A stretch of DNA of 64,000 nt from Gammaproteobacteria bacterium (GTDB lineage Bacteria > Pseudomonadota > Gammaproteobacteria > JAJPIJ01): NCBI GenBank assembly GCA_046347035.1, contig JAXMGY010000004.1:16262-80261 (forward strand), given 5' to 3'. Under the pieces are notes generated by a model. It saw only the letters and a program-made list of their open reading frames with translations, had not been told where the DNA came from and ran no database searches. The translations under genes and the position numbers were made by a program. This document shows, in pieces, positions 20,221-31,162 of the stretch. Positions within the stretch are counted from its first letter, which is position 1, and the number at the start of each line of letters is the position of its first letter.

Positions 20221-21627
20221 TTGGAGTCGCCGGCGATGTTGGACACTGAGCTGTTCCGCAATTTGCTCAAGCTGCCAGAGCCCTGGCAGGTTGAGGAAGT
20301 GCGCGTGGACAAACCGTCGAACCGCATTGACATCCGCATCGGCTTTGCGCGCCGCAGGTCGACGTTTTTCTCCAAACAGGCGTCCTGTCCGCGCTGCCAT
20401 CGTCCGTTACCGGAATCGACAGGCAGTGCCCGCACCCTGCGTCATTTGAATTTTGGCGACATGCGCGCCTATCTCTCGATTCCTGTGTTCAAGACCGATT
20501 CAATCAATCAGAACGACTGCGGTTGCCGCCGCGCCTGGAGCAATCCCGGATCGCGGTTCAGCATGGAGATGGAGCGTCTCATCATCGAAGGCCTGCATCT
20601 GCTGCGTTCGATTGAAGCCGTATCAAAATTGTATTCGGTCAACGCCGCGGATGTGCGCGAGGTCAACGCGCATCATCATATTGTTGGCGCTGACAAGCCA
20701 GCCGCCGTCCAGACGCCCGCCGCAGTCGCTTACGCAAAGGCGCATTTTGACGATGGCGGCCTCGAAGTCGCCTACATTGATGAGGACGACGAACCGCACA
20801 CTGCGCATGCGGCGCAGGCCGCCGAGCGTGCGGCGCCGCCAGCGGCAGCCCCTCAACCAGCCGCGACTGTACCAACTTCAAGCGGCATTCCGGCAGAGAT
20901 TCCGATGGAGTCCGATCCGCTTTGGCAGCGGCTGATCGAAAATCCGGCATCGGCTCGCATTGAAACGCTTGGCCTGAAGATGTTGCTGGAACAGGTTCGC
21001 CTCAGTCTCGCCAGCAATCCTTCGCCCTCGGCGCGGTTGGCCGGTGCCCGCATTCTGCGGCTTTACTTTCTCAAGCATTGGCGCCAGAGCAGACCGGAGC
21101 TCGAACAGATATTGGCGCATTTCCGAGCTGCTGCGGCGGCACCAAAAGCTGCGCAACCCGACGTCGCAATTCCATTGGAAAATGATCCGGGCTGGCAATA
21201 TCTGATTGCTGGCCGCGTTCCCATACAGCCCGATGCAGTCGCCCTCAAGATGCTGATCGAACGCTTGCGACTGACGCTGGGTCCACGGCCAACTGTTACC
21301 AGCCGTCTCGCCGGCGCACGCATCCTGCGTGAATTCTTCCTCAAGCATCACGCCCGCCATCGCAATGAACTGTTGCAGTTGATTGCCGCCGGTCGCGCCC
21401 ACATGCAACAAACTGCGGCGCCGCCACCAAAAGCCGAGCCAGCAACGAAGATCGACATCCCCGCTGACACCGCACGATGCTGGCAGCTGCTGATTGACGG
21501 CAACCTGGATATTCACACCTCCGCCGTCGGCCTGACCATGCTGTTGGAGCGGGTTCGCCTGACCATTGGCCGCACACCATCGCCGGCAGCTCGATTGGCG
21601 GCAGCACGCGTGCTGCGCCAGTACTGA
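20221..21627 (+). CDS. ISL3-transposase-like N-terminal zinc-ribbon/HTH module fused to three ~115-aa tandem repeats; no DDE domain
   Basis: The N-terminal ~150 aa follow the zf-ISL3 pattern (LKLPEPWQVEEVRV...CPRCHRP...TLRHLNFGDMRAYL...CGCRRAW) and continue into an HTH_Tnp_ISL3-like segment. Three tandem repeats then follow, each carrying W-x-L-I...GLKMLLE(Q/R)VRL...RLAGARILR..FLKH. Assignment is by motif recall, not a database search. Confidence 0.5.
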   Translation: MESPAMLDTELFRNLLKLPEPWQVEEVRVDKPSNRIDIRIGFARRRSTFFSKQASCPRCHRPLPESTGSARTLRHLNFGDMRAYLSIPVFKTDSINQNDCGCRRAWSNPGSRFSMEMERLIIEGLHLLRSIEAVSKLYSVNAADVREVNAHHHIVGADKPAAVQTPAAVAYAKAHFDDGGLEVAYIDEDDEPHTAHAAQAAERAAPPAAAPQPAATVPTSSGIPAEIPMESDPLWQRLIENPASARIETLGLKMLLEQVRLSLASNPSPSARLAGARILRLYFLKHWRQSRPELEQILAHFRAAAAAPKAAQPDVAIPLENDPGWQYLIAGRVPIQPDAVALKMLIERLRLTLGPRPTVTSRLAGARILREFFLKHHARHRNELLQLIAAGRAHMQQTAAPPPKAEPATKIDIPADTARCWQLLIDGNLDIHTSAVGLTMLLERVRLTIGRTPSPAARLAAARVLRQY

Positions 21628-21639
21628 AAAGTACAAGAC

Positions 21640-21960
21640 GCGTCTGGAAGCGGAACTGCGGATTCTGTCGGCGGAAAGTGCTCATTCATTCTGGCGCTGG
21701 CAACAGCGGCAAGTGGTCGAGTTCGTCAGTGCCGCAGAAACGCATCAAGCTGGGACAAGCTTATCCGCGGAGAACTGCAAATTCGAACCGAGGCGCTGGG
21801 ATTAAAAATGCTACTCCGAACGCGTGCGCCTGTCGCTGGGCACCGATCCAACCGAAGCATTGCGCCTAGCGGCCGCGCGCGTGCTGCGTCAGCTGCAGCC
21901 GAGCATCGCGGCCGTCATCGCGCCGGGCTGGAGCAGCTCAAAGCGGCTTAGGATTCAGTG
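21640..21960 (+). pseudogene. degenerate fourth copy of the tandem repeat, downstream of the stop, with frameshifts
   Basis: Hand translation of 21780..21960 gives ELQIRTEALGLKMLLERVRLSLGTDPTEALRLAAARVLRQ, matching the repeat consensus. The preceding ~130 nt belong to the same unit in another frame. Confidence 0.4.
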
Positions 21961-22034
21961 AGGTTTACATGGCGGGACTCCCAATTCGCAGCCGGCGGCC
22001 GGATCGGCAGTAGGCGTCAACGGTAGACTGGTCA

Positions 22035-23008
22035 GTGTCGCCGAAGCGGCGCAAGCCATCGAGCAAAGGGAGCGAGGTTTTATGGCTCGGTGCCGGTAAA
22101 AGCTTCTGCGTCAATTGCCCCGCGAATCAGTGGATCGGTGGTTCCATTCCCGCTGTGGCTGGGACGGCGGCAGGTATGCACGCGCGAGCGTGTGTTCTGT
22201 TCCGATTACCCTCTGGCGTAGCGACCGCAGTCAGCATTCGTTTCTACGATACCGGTTCGATTCACCGCGTTGCCGTCGATGCCCCCGAAAATGGATTTTC
22301 AATTGTCCTGATCCCGGCTACCAGCCAGATTCACCTCGACTACGCCAGTAATGCGCCTGGCTATGAGGAAATGTTTCTCAAACCGATTGCCGGCTGGGTA
22401 ACTGGCGTGCATCTTGACGATCTCGGAGTCGTTCATCCAATCGTTTACAACGGTGTTACCGGCGAAATGGCGCGCGACAAGGCGCTGGTTATGCATGTCA
22501 CCCTGCGACCGGAGAAAGTTGCCACCATCGGCATCGTCAATACGGCCAAGCAGGCAGCGGCGACGCGCTGGTGTTCCCCGAAACCGGATTCAAAGCAGTG
22601 CGCTGCGAAGTCAATGGCGTGGAACGTGACTTCGCCGAATACCTGCGCGAAAAAAATATCGATCAGCGGCTGCCGCTGGTCGCCGACTACTCGAGACCGC
22701 ATGATCAATGTTGGTCTGCAGAAGATCGACGAACAAAGCGGTGAAGTGTCATTCTACGGGCCTGTGTTCAAAAATGTGCGCTACCGTTTTGCCGCGCCGG
22801 TGCAGGATTACGTCGAAGCATTCCAGCATGCCATCCCACGGCTGGACAAACCGGTAGTGTTCTCCTGCAACTGCGTGCTGAACTACCTGTATTCGGAACT
22901 CGCCGGCAAACAGACCGCGCATATCACCGGTCAATGAGTTTCGGTGAGGCCTTCATCAACTGTTGAACCAAACAATGGTCTACATGCTCATCGAGGATGT
23001 TTAGGAAT
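22035..23008 (+). pseudogene. FIST-domain sensory protein, frameshifted
   Basis: ORF 22035..22937 plus a C-terminal FGEAFINC...LNQT-like tail read in another frame. It sits in chemosensory-operon context. Weak, motif-level call. Confidence 0.35.
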
Positions 23009-23573
23009 GAGCGTCACGCTCGATAAGCTCGGGCAGAGTGAAGCCGATCCGGCACTGCTGCCACTTAAGCCGGTGACCATCGCCCTGATTGGCGTTACAC
23101 CGGAAGACCGCAACACCTTGCTCGATGTCTTCGAGCAGCTGGTTTCACGATCGCATACTGTACAGGCCGGTACCGCTGCACATGCGTCTACCGATGTCTT
23201 GCTCGTTAACGCTGACGACGCGCGCACTGGCAAGCTGGGTGCGATTCCCGCAATTGTACGCGACCTGGGGTCGAACCGCCTTCGATCGTGCTGTCGCAAA
23301 ACCGCACCTTCGACACCGCGCACTTTCAGTTGACCAGTCCGCTTGAGCCAGCGGCAGTACTGCTAATGCTGCGCAAGGTCAGCGAACGCATTAGCGCCGC
23401 GGCCAAGCGTGAAGCGCCATTTCAACCCATCTCGACGCGACTGCCATTCCCCTGGCGTCGACCTCCGGTTCCAGCAACGTTGGCATGAACCGGTGTCCGC
23501 CGATATCCATCCCCGCTGCTGCTATAGTGAAACAGCTAACCTCACCGGCGGCGAAGATGCTGATGCTTCGAAC

Positions 23574-23940
23574 GTTCGCGCATTGGTTGTTGACGGAAGC
23601 CTGCCCGTGCGTCCAGATGCGCCAAGCATTGCAGCCATTGTCGCTGGCGGGTGATTTCGCCTCGTCGTATTCAAAGGCACCAGATGCTTCTCGATACCAA
23701 TGAATATCGCGTGGTGTTCGTCGCGACGCAGCTCCCGGATATAGATGGTTATGAAATCTGCCGTCGCGCCAAGCAGCGCGGTGCAGTCAGCCGCCAGTGG
23801 TCATGCTCACCAGTACATCGAGCCCAGCCGATCGCGTTCGCGGTCAACAGGCCGGCTGCGATGCCTATCTCTAAGAGTAAACCGATTACACCACGGGTGC
23901 TGCGGCATCTGCTGGATCAGTACCTGGCACTGAGTTGACG
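23574..23940 (+). pseudogene. CheY-like receiver domain (PilG/PilH-like), frameshifted
   Basis: Fragments across three frames: ALVVDGSLPVR, FVATQLPDIDGYEICRRAKQ, VMLTSTSSPADRVRGQQAGCDAYL and KPITPRVLRHLLDQYL. Together they form a REC domain. Confidence 0.55.
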
Positions 23941-24059
23941 ACAACAGCCCTCATTGAAAGCTGGCACTCCATGTTCGGTGGCAATAACTCCGCAAAAAGT
24001 GCAGAAGCACGGCATAAGGCGCAGTCCACGCAGTGAACGAAACCAAAAGCTCAAATATC

Positions 24060-24545
24060 GGCATTGATACCGGCATGCTTTTTGGCCGCGGAGGAGTCTG
24101 AAAACGAATTGCAGCGCACCCGGCGATTCGGCGTGCGCATTGCCGGCGCAGGATTCCTCGTCACGCACGGTGTTGCGAGCGAGGTCGTGCATCAGCCGCA
24201 GCTGTTCCCACTTCGCCGGGTCGTTCCGTATCTGGCGGATTGCTCAATGTCGAGGCCAACGGCGATTCCAGTATTCGACATCCGCCCGCTATTGCAAAGC
24301 GGCAGTACGGCAAACGACTTGCGCTATGCTGATTCTCGATAGCGGCAGTAATATTGTCGGTTTGCTGACAGATGCGCTGCCAACGCCCGCATCGTCTGCG
24401 AACCAACGGACGAAGCCGCCTCCGATCTGCTGCCTCCCGCGCATTGTCCGCGCATGTGACGCGCACGGTAATCGGCGGGCGCGAACGTTGGTTGAGATTA
24501 ACCACCTGAATTGCTTGCGCGCGCTTGCGACGCGACGAGATTGAG
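24060..24545 (+). pseudogene. CheW-like coupling protein (PilI-like), frameshifted
   Basis: Fragments RRFGVRIAGAGFLV...VHQPQLFPL and MLILDSGSNIVGLLTDAL match CheW-domain signatures but lie in different frames. Confidence 0.4.
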
Positions 24546-24625
24546 CCCGTTTCGACCAAGAACCGCGCGATGATACGTTCTTCTTCGAATTGTACTGACC
24601 AAGGCTTTTCCTCCTCGGCGTTGCC

Positions 24626-25622
24626 TTGCTGGTCTTGGGCGCGACAATCGGCGCCGGTGCAGTACATCTTGCCGGTGGAAGTGCGGCGCGATTACTGCAT
24701 TTTCCCTTTCTTGGTGTTTTGCTATTGGCTTTCGCGAGTCTCGCCTGGTGTATTGTGCTAATTCGTCGCTGGCTTGAACCGACGGCTGCGCGCGAAACAC
24801 TGGCGCTGTGCTTGATGGCGATCTCGACGCCCGATCGGGTGTATCCAGCCGCGATGAGTTTGATTGCTCAGTGCTACGTCTCGACAAGTTACTGGCACGC
24901 CGCGACGTAATGGCGTTGTTGAGGAAAAGCGCTAAGCCCTATGGTCTCTACGAGTCTTTGCAAGCGATGCTACCGTTGGTTACGGCTGTCACAAAGAACC
25001 TGACCGCGCGCTTGAGTACTCGTGATAATTCACGGTTCCAATTGCCACAGCTCTCAACACGATGGCCGCGGAGACTTCAAAGACATTGCGGGATGTGACC
25101 GAAACCGCTACCAATATTGCCGAGAGTGTCAACCTCATCAGGGTACCAATCCGATCAAATCGTTCTGTTGGCCCGCGCTGAGCGCGAAACAGCTCGAAAG
25201 TGCGTGCCTGGTGGATCTCGCACTTGAGGCGAACAAGCATCTGGCACGCATTGCAACGACTTCCGCTGAAGCCGGCGAGAAGGCGCTGATGGCGACGCGC
25301 ATCGCGCGAATTTCTGCCGAAAACAGCGCCTCGAGCTTTCAAACAATTCGTGATGCATTGGCAAACACCGATCGCCGCGTACGACTGCTCGCAGAACGCT
25401 GCCGCCAGTACTTTGGCGCAATTAATCTTGTCGGTCATTTATCTGAACGAACGCCCGCACATTCTCGCGTTGAACGCCAGTATGCATGCCGCCGCCGTTG
25501 GTGATGCCGGTCGAAGTTTCAGCGCCATTGCCGATGAGGTGCAACGTCTAGCTGAGAACGCGCGCGAGATGACCGGCCAGCTGCAAGACGTGGTTCGCGC
25601 AGGTTCAGACCGATTCCAGTGA
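24626..25622 (+). pseudogene. methyl-accepting chemotaxis protein (PilJ-like), frameshifted
   Basis: A TM segment (ORF 24626..) is followed by MCP signalling-domain fragments (ASMHAAAVGDAGRSFSAIADEVQRLAENAREMTGQLQDV) in ORFs 25022..25504 and 25350..25622. Confidence 0.55.
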
Positions 25623-26263
25623 AACCATGAGTTCGCTGCAGGCGTTGGTCTCGCATGTTCGCCGTGGCGGTGAACAGGCCAGCCGCAGTCATCACGATAT
25701 CGACCAATCCAGGCGACGAATCAGCTGGTCGACTCAGTGCAGAAAATTGCTGCGCCGCATCCACAGCAACAGGTGAGAACGCCATTCGCCAAACGTACAA
25801 CGACCATGTTGGATCAGGTCAGCGGCACAGGTGCATTTCTGCTGAGTCCGGTAGTTCACCGACAATCTCGCTGACCATGTTGTCAAATTGAGTAGGGGCG
25901 ATCGTACCACTTTCTGACTTTCGATGATGGTGGATATACCGAACAAAACTGAGCGCCGGAAATCATCATGATCCAAATGTAGTGAACTAGAGCTTATTTC
26001 AATATTTCGCGACCAATGCGTTGCTGGTCAAAAGCTGCGGATGCAAGGCGCCAGGCGCAAATAATGTTCGGCTGCGACCCGGAGTCGCGTAGCGGCGAGC
26101 CGTGCCGCGGCCAGTGCACCGACATTTTCAAGATATGCGCGGGCACTTTCAGATTCGCTTGTGGTATGCATAAAGGTTCACCGGTCGGTGCACAAATATA
26201 GCCGCCGTCGCACTCACATGGAATATTGAATTAGGTTCTAACTGGCCGACACAGCGACGTTGC

Positions 26264-28990
26264 ATGAAATCCATCGATCCCGAAGTCTTGACCATCTTGC
26301 AGGAAGAACTGCAGGAGATTTCCGTTTCCCTGCTGGCGTCGCCACCGGCAGGCGATGAGGTTCCGCTCGACGCATTGCAGGACTATGTGCGTCGCCTGCA
26401 GCGCCTGGCCGCAATGCTGCCCGCTGCATCGGATCTACTCATGCAAGCCATTAGCTGCAAAAAATATTCTTGAATGGCTGAAGCAAGGTGTCGGCGATGC
26501 GCGTCACGGTATGTGGAAGCTGGTGATCGAGTGGCCACTGGAAGTCAGCCGTTATCTGGATGCGCGTGGTTCACGTGACGCTACCGCCAACATCACACGC
26601 TTTCTCGGCAACCCGGATTGGCTGTTGCCGATGCCGCTGATCTCGTCTATCAGGCTGTCGATCTCAGTAGCACGCCTCCGGCGCACCACCTGGACTGCCG
26701 AGATCCATCAATCGCGGCGTTTATCTCTACCCAGATCCCCGCCGACGTCAACTGGTCGCTGGTGGTGGAACTACTGCAGGAACTTCCCGACGACCGAGCG
26801 TCAGCCAGCTTGGCATCGAATCCTGGGCCGCCGATCTCAGTCAGACCGATAAACTGCTGGAAGCACGGCGAGTCGCCCACACTATCAAGGGTGCCGCCAA
26901 TGTTGTCGGCGTGCGCGGCATCGCCGTCTTCACGCATCTGCTTGAAGACGTACTGCAATTGTCGACGAATAACGACGATGGGATACCAAATCTAACGGTA
27001 CGCGCGGCAAGCTGCCTGCAGCAGATGACCGACGCACTGCTGCGACGCGCCACTACGCCACCACTGGCGGAAGCGGTTGCTACCGCACTACTGGCTACGC
27101 TGCGCGAAGCTGGCGAAAACGCCGATGTTGGCGCCATTTCAACCGCTGGCGCAGGTGGCGGAAGCGCTGGATCAACGGCTTCCGATTCACTGATCCCGGC
27201 ATTTCAACGCCGACGGTGGGTTTACGCGTCAGCCCATTGCTGATGGACGACGCCGTATTTCGTGACGCTGGCTGGTGAATCAACTGTTTCACTTCACAAA
27301 CTGCGGGAAGGTCTGCAGCAATCGCGTGCGCTGGCGCAGAACGCCTCGCGACGCGCATCAGCCGCCACTGACCACGGCCATCTACTGTTCCCGGAAAACG
27401 ACGCGCGTCCAGTTGCCTATCCAGCCCAGTGAAGCACATCCTGCGCATGCAGGATTTGCGCAGAAACCATTGCCGACATGCAACTGCTCGGCGAGGATCT
27501 GCAGCGTCAGTTCTTGGAAATCGACGAGTTAATGACCCGTCAGGAGCGACTAAGCGAGGAGTTGCGCAACAGCACACGCCGAATTCGCATGCTCCGCCGC
27601 CGCAGAGGTTGTTCCGCGCCTGCGCCGGGCGGTAAACGAAGCCGCGCGCACGGCTGGCAAGCAAGTTACGATGAAGGTCATTGGCGCTGGCAATGGTGGA
27701 CGCGCATATCCTGCACATTGACCGAGCCGCTCATGCATGCGATTCGCAACGCCGTCGATCACGGCATCGAAAAGGCAGAGGAGCGCCGCGCATCAGAAAG
27801 CCCGACCACGCCGAAATCGCGCTCGCTTCGTGCATGAGGGCAGCGATGTGGTCGTGCGCTGCCAGGACGACGGCCGTGGACTGGACAATGCCGCGATTCG
27901 CCAGCGCGCCATTGCACATGGACTGATTGCCGAGAACGCGGTACTCACCGTGCCCAGCTCGCGCGCCTCATCTTCGAACCCGGCTTTTCCACTCGCGATG
28001 TCGCTTCACGATCTCGGCCGCGGCATTGGCTGTCGGCCATCGTCGCCAAGATTGAGAGAGCTGAAGGATGCATCGAAATTTTCTCGCAGCCAGGACGGGC
28101 TGTTGTGTGGAAGTTCTTCAACGCGCGGGAATCGCTGCTCAGCGTCGGCGGATTACTAATCCGTCTCAATGCACAGACCGTGGGCCGTTTGCGGTCGTGG
28201 CGCAACGGGTAGTTATGCTTGAAGCGTCACCGAGGAATCGATTCAGACGCGGCGCCGCCATCCATTGAGATCGACGGCGAAACCTTACCGATACATCGTG
28301 TAGAAACGCTGCTGTTTGGCAGCAATGCACCGACACTTCGCAGGCCGTCGCCAGCCAGATTCCCGCACTGGTCATCCGCACAGGCGATGTTCACCTGGCG
28401 TGGTGATTGTTGAGACCATCGTCGCCACGCGCACGTTGTTAATTCGGCGGCCCCGCAGCCACACTATTGCGCGACTGTACCGCGTTGTTTGGCACCACCA
28501 CACTCACCGATAGCGGTGGTTGCCGTCTTAGTTTGGTTGAGTTGCTGCGAGAACCCGCTCACTGGATGCCTGCGGCGGCAGCAGTGCAGTGGCATCCAGG
28601 CGAAAAGTCCCCATCGTGGATCATCGACGATTCGGCGGCCGTGCGGCGCAAGGGATCGCGGCTGAAGCCGGCGACTGCGTGAGGCTACACCATACGCGCC
28701 GGTGAAGATTCCACAGGCAGCCGAGCAATTGTCGCGCCGCACCCCCGGCTCTGGTCGTGCTTGGTACCGACATGCCGGGCGCCTGAGCGGACTGGAACTT
28801 TGCGCGCAAATGCGTGCTGACCCACGTTCAAGACCACACCGATCGTATCCTGAGTGCGCGCGGCGACGCCACACTTGGCTGCACGGAAAGCCGGCGCTAC
28901 GATGTTGCTGCCGAAACCTGCCCGCGCCGCTGTTGCAACGCACCACGGAGCCGCTATCAGCCCCTCCCCGCGACCATCTAGCGCTTGCCG
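26264..28990 (+). pseudogene. ChpA/CheA-like multi-Hpt hybrid histidine kinase, heavily frameshifted
   Basis: Hpt signature HTIKGAANVVGVRGIAVFTHLLEDVLQ (ORF 26911..), CheA HATPase_c fragments (HAIRNAVDHGIEK; VVRCQDDGRGLDNAAIRQRAIAHGL) in ORFs 27478.. and 27737.., and CheW-like and receiver-like remnants through about 28990. At least 10 frame changes. Confidence 0.6.
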
Positions 28991-29089
28991 CGACGGTCGA
29001 GGATACGCCAAACTGATACGCTGGTAGCATGGAACGCTTACAGCTGGGCACCTCTTTACGGAAGCTACGATTGTGTTGAAGGTACTGTG

Positions 29090-30411
29090 TCATCGATGAC
29101 TCCCGCGCCGTGCGAAAAACCATGGTCGATCGCATCCGCGCCGAATTCTCCGGATCCTCGGTGGATGAGTTCGATCCGTGCATCCAGGGTTTTCCCGGGG
29201 CTGAGTTCGGCTGGTCCTACTACGACATTCTTTTCCTCGACTACAACCTCGGCCTGGCTGGCGAGGACGGACTTTCTGGCTGAAGAAATTCCAGGCGTTC
29301 CACGATATGCCACCGGTCATCATGCTGACCGACGAGGAACGCGTCAGCATCATCGTCAAAGCGATCAAGATTGGCGCCAAAGATTACCTGTTGAAAAAAG
29401 ATCTGCAGACCGTCGATCTGGCCAGCATCATTTATCGCGCCTTGGGCATCGAAGGTGAGACGCCGAGTCGAGCACTCAGCGAACTGCCGATCCCCGAGGT
29501 ATACCGTCGAACAAGCAGGAATACCACGCGCGCGCTGAAGGCCTCGCCTCGACACTGCAGCAGCCTGAGCGCTGGCCCTTCGCGCCGAGCAAATTCGCGC
29601 GACCCACTGCGTGTGCATCCCCTGAGATTACCGCATCATTGCACCGATTGCACAAGGCGGCATGACTACCATCTTCCTCGCCCAGCGCGTCGAGGATGAT
29701 TTGGAGATCGTATTGAAGCTGATGTTTACTCGCGATCAGCCCGACACGCCGCTGCTGCGCTATTTCATGCAGGAATATGCGTTGATCTCGAAGTTGAATC
29801 ACCCGTACGTGATCAAAATTTTCGAACGTGCTTTCGCCAAGGATTTCGCAGACATCGCCATGGAGTATTTGTCCGCCGGCAACTTGGTAGCGCGAGTCCG
29901 CAAAGGCTTGCTTCCGGACAAATCGATTGAATATTTGCGGCAAATTGCCGAAGCGCTGGCAGCGGTGCACAACCTAAGCATCGTGCATCGAGATTTAAAA
30001 CCCTCGAATATCCTGTTCCGCCACAATGACACTGTCGCCATCACCGATTTCGGCGTCGCGCACTTTGCCGCCGGCATGAGCGGCATTGATGAGAATCAGG
30101 TGCTGATCGGCAGTCCTTCGTATATGAGCCCGGAACAATGCAAGCGCCGCTCAGTGGACACGCGCAGCGATCTCTATAGCCTGGGCGTCATGTTCTACGA
30201 GATGCTGACTGGCAGTAAACCTTATACCGGCCGCACGATTCCGGAAATCATTGATGCGCACATGCGCTCGCCCATCCCGCGGCTTCCCGATGAGTTTCGC
30301 GTCTATCAGCCGCTCATTGATGGCATGATGGCCAAAGATCCCGCCGATCGCTTTCAAACGGCCAATGAACTCATCTCTGGGCTGGATTGGATAGTTTCCG
30401 GCAATAGCTAG
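29090..30411 (+). pseudogene. response-regulator receiver fused to a Ser/Thr protein kinase catalytic domain (REC-STK), with two or more frameshifts
   Basis: REC fragments VIDDSRAVRKTMV...YDILFLDYNLGLAGEDGLSG then MPPVIMLTDEERVSIIVKAIKIGAKDYLLK. After a frameshifted linker comes a complete Hanks kinase domain (IAPIAQGGMTTIFLAQ...HRDLKPSNIL...DFGVA...SPSYMSPE) in ORF 29662..30411. Confidence 0.55.
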
Positions 30412-30423
30412 GCGGCGGCCTTA

Positions 30424-31089
30424 TCACCTAGCGACATCAGACTCTTCACTTACTGGCAAGAATTCACCGCGTGTAGCGTCAAACATCGCCAATTGGCCGT
30501 TGGCAATGCCGAAGTGCATGCCATGCACGGCAATTCGGCCGTCCTCCACCCGTTCACTGATCCAGGGATAGGTCAGCAGATTCTCCATGCTCAGGCGCAC
30601 CAACTGATATTCCATGTTGAGCAGCCGCTCCGCCGGCGGCAGCGGCAAGCGCATCATGCGGTCACGCGCCGTCGTCGCGATATTCATCCAACTGCCGATG
30701 AATTCGGCGTTGGCGATCTGATCGTGATAACCTTCGAGCAGTGCAGCGGCACCACCACAGCGAGCATGGCCCATGACCACAATGTGCGACACCTTGAGAT
30801 GCAGCACGGCAAATTCGAGCGCCGCGCCGGTCGCCTGGTGCTTGGCAACCGGCGAGTTCGGCGGTACCAGGTTAGCCACGTTGCGCAAAACGAAAACTTC
30901 GCCCGGACTGGTATCAAAAATGGTGGCGGGATCGACGCGGCTATCGCAGCAGGCGATGAACATGGTCTGCGGCGATTGGCCACGCGCCTCCAGATCGCGA
31001 AACAATTTCTGTGCCGCAGGGAAACGCGTCTTGCGAAATCGACGATAACCTTCAACCAGCGACTCGATACTCATGTCGTTCGTCCTCAT
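30424..31089 (-). CDS. beta-class carbonic anhydrase
   Basis: 221 aa with CCDSRVDP and HARCGG zinc-ligand motifs. Confidence 0.9.
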   Translation of the reverse strand: MRTNDMSIESLVEGYRRFRKTRFPAAQKLFRDLEARGQSPQTMFIACCDSRVDPATIFDTSPGEVFVLRNVANLVPPNSPVAKHQATGAALEFAVLHLKVSHIVVMGHARCGGAAALLEGYHDQIANAEFIGSWMNIATTARDRMMRLPLPPAERLLNMEYQLVRLSMENLLTYPWISERVEDGRIAVHGMHFGIANGQLAMFDATRGEFLPVSEESDVAR

Positions 31090-31162
31090 TCAACGCAATA
31101 GTCTCGACCGGCATTATTACGTACACCGCCCTGGCTGTCATGAAAGTTTTTTCGAATGATCA

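Noticed and set aside
22944-23333. 129-aa ORF (VTIALIGVTPEDRNTLLDVFEQL...VLLVNADD) as a possible extra receiver domain
   Set aside because: It has a receiver-like flavour but no conserved Asp pocket could be aligned by eye. Left unannotated as part of the decayed chemosensory region.
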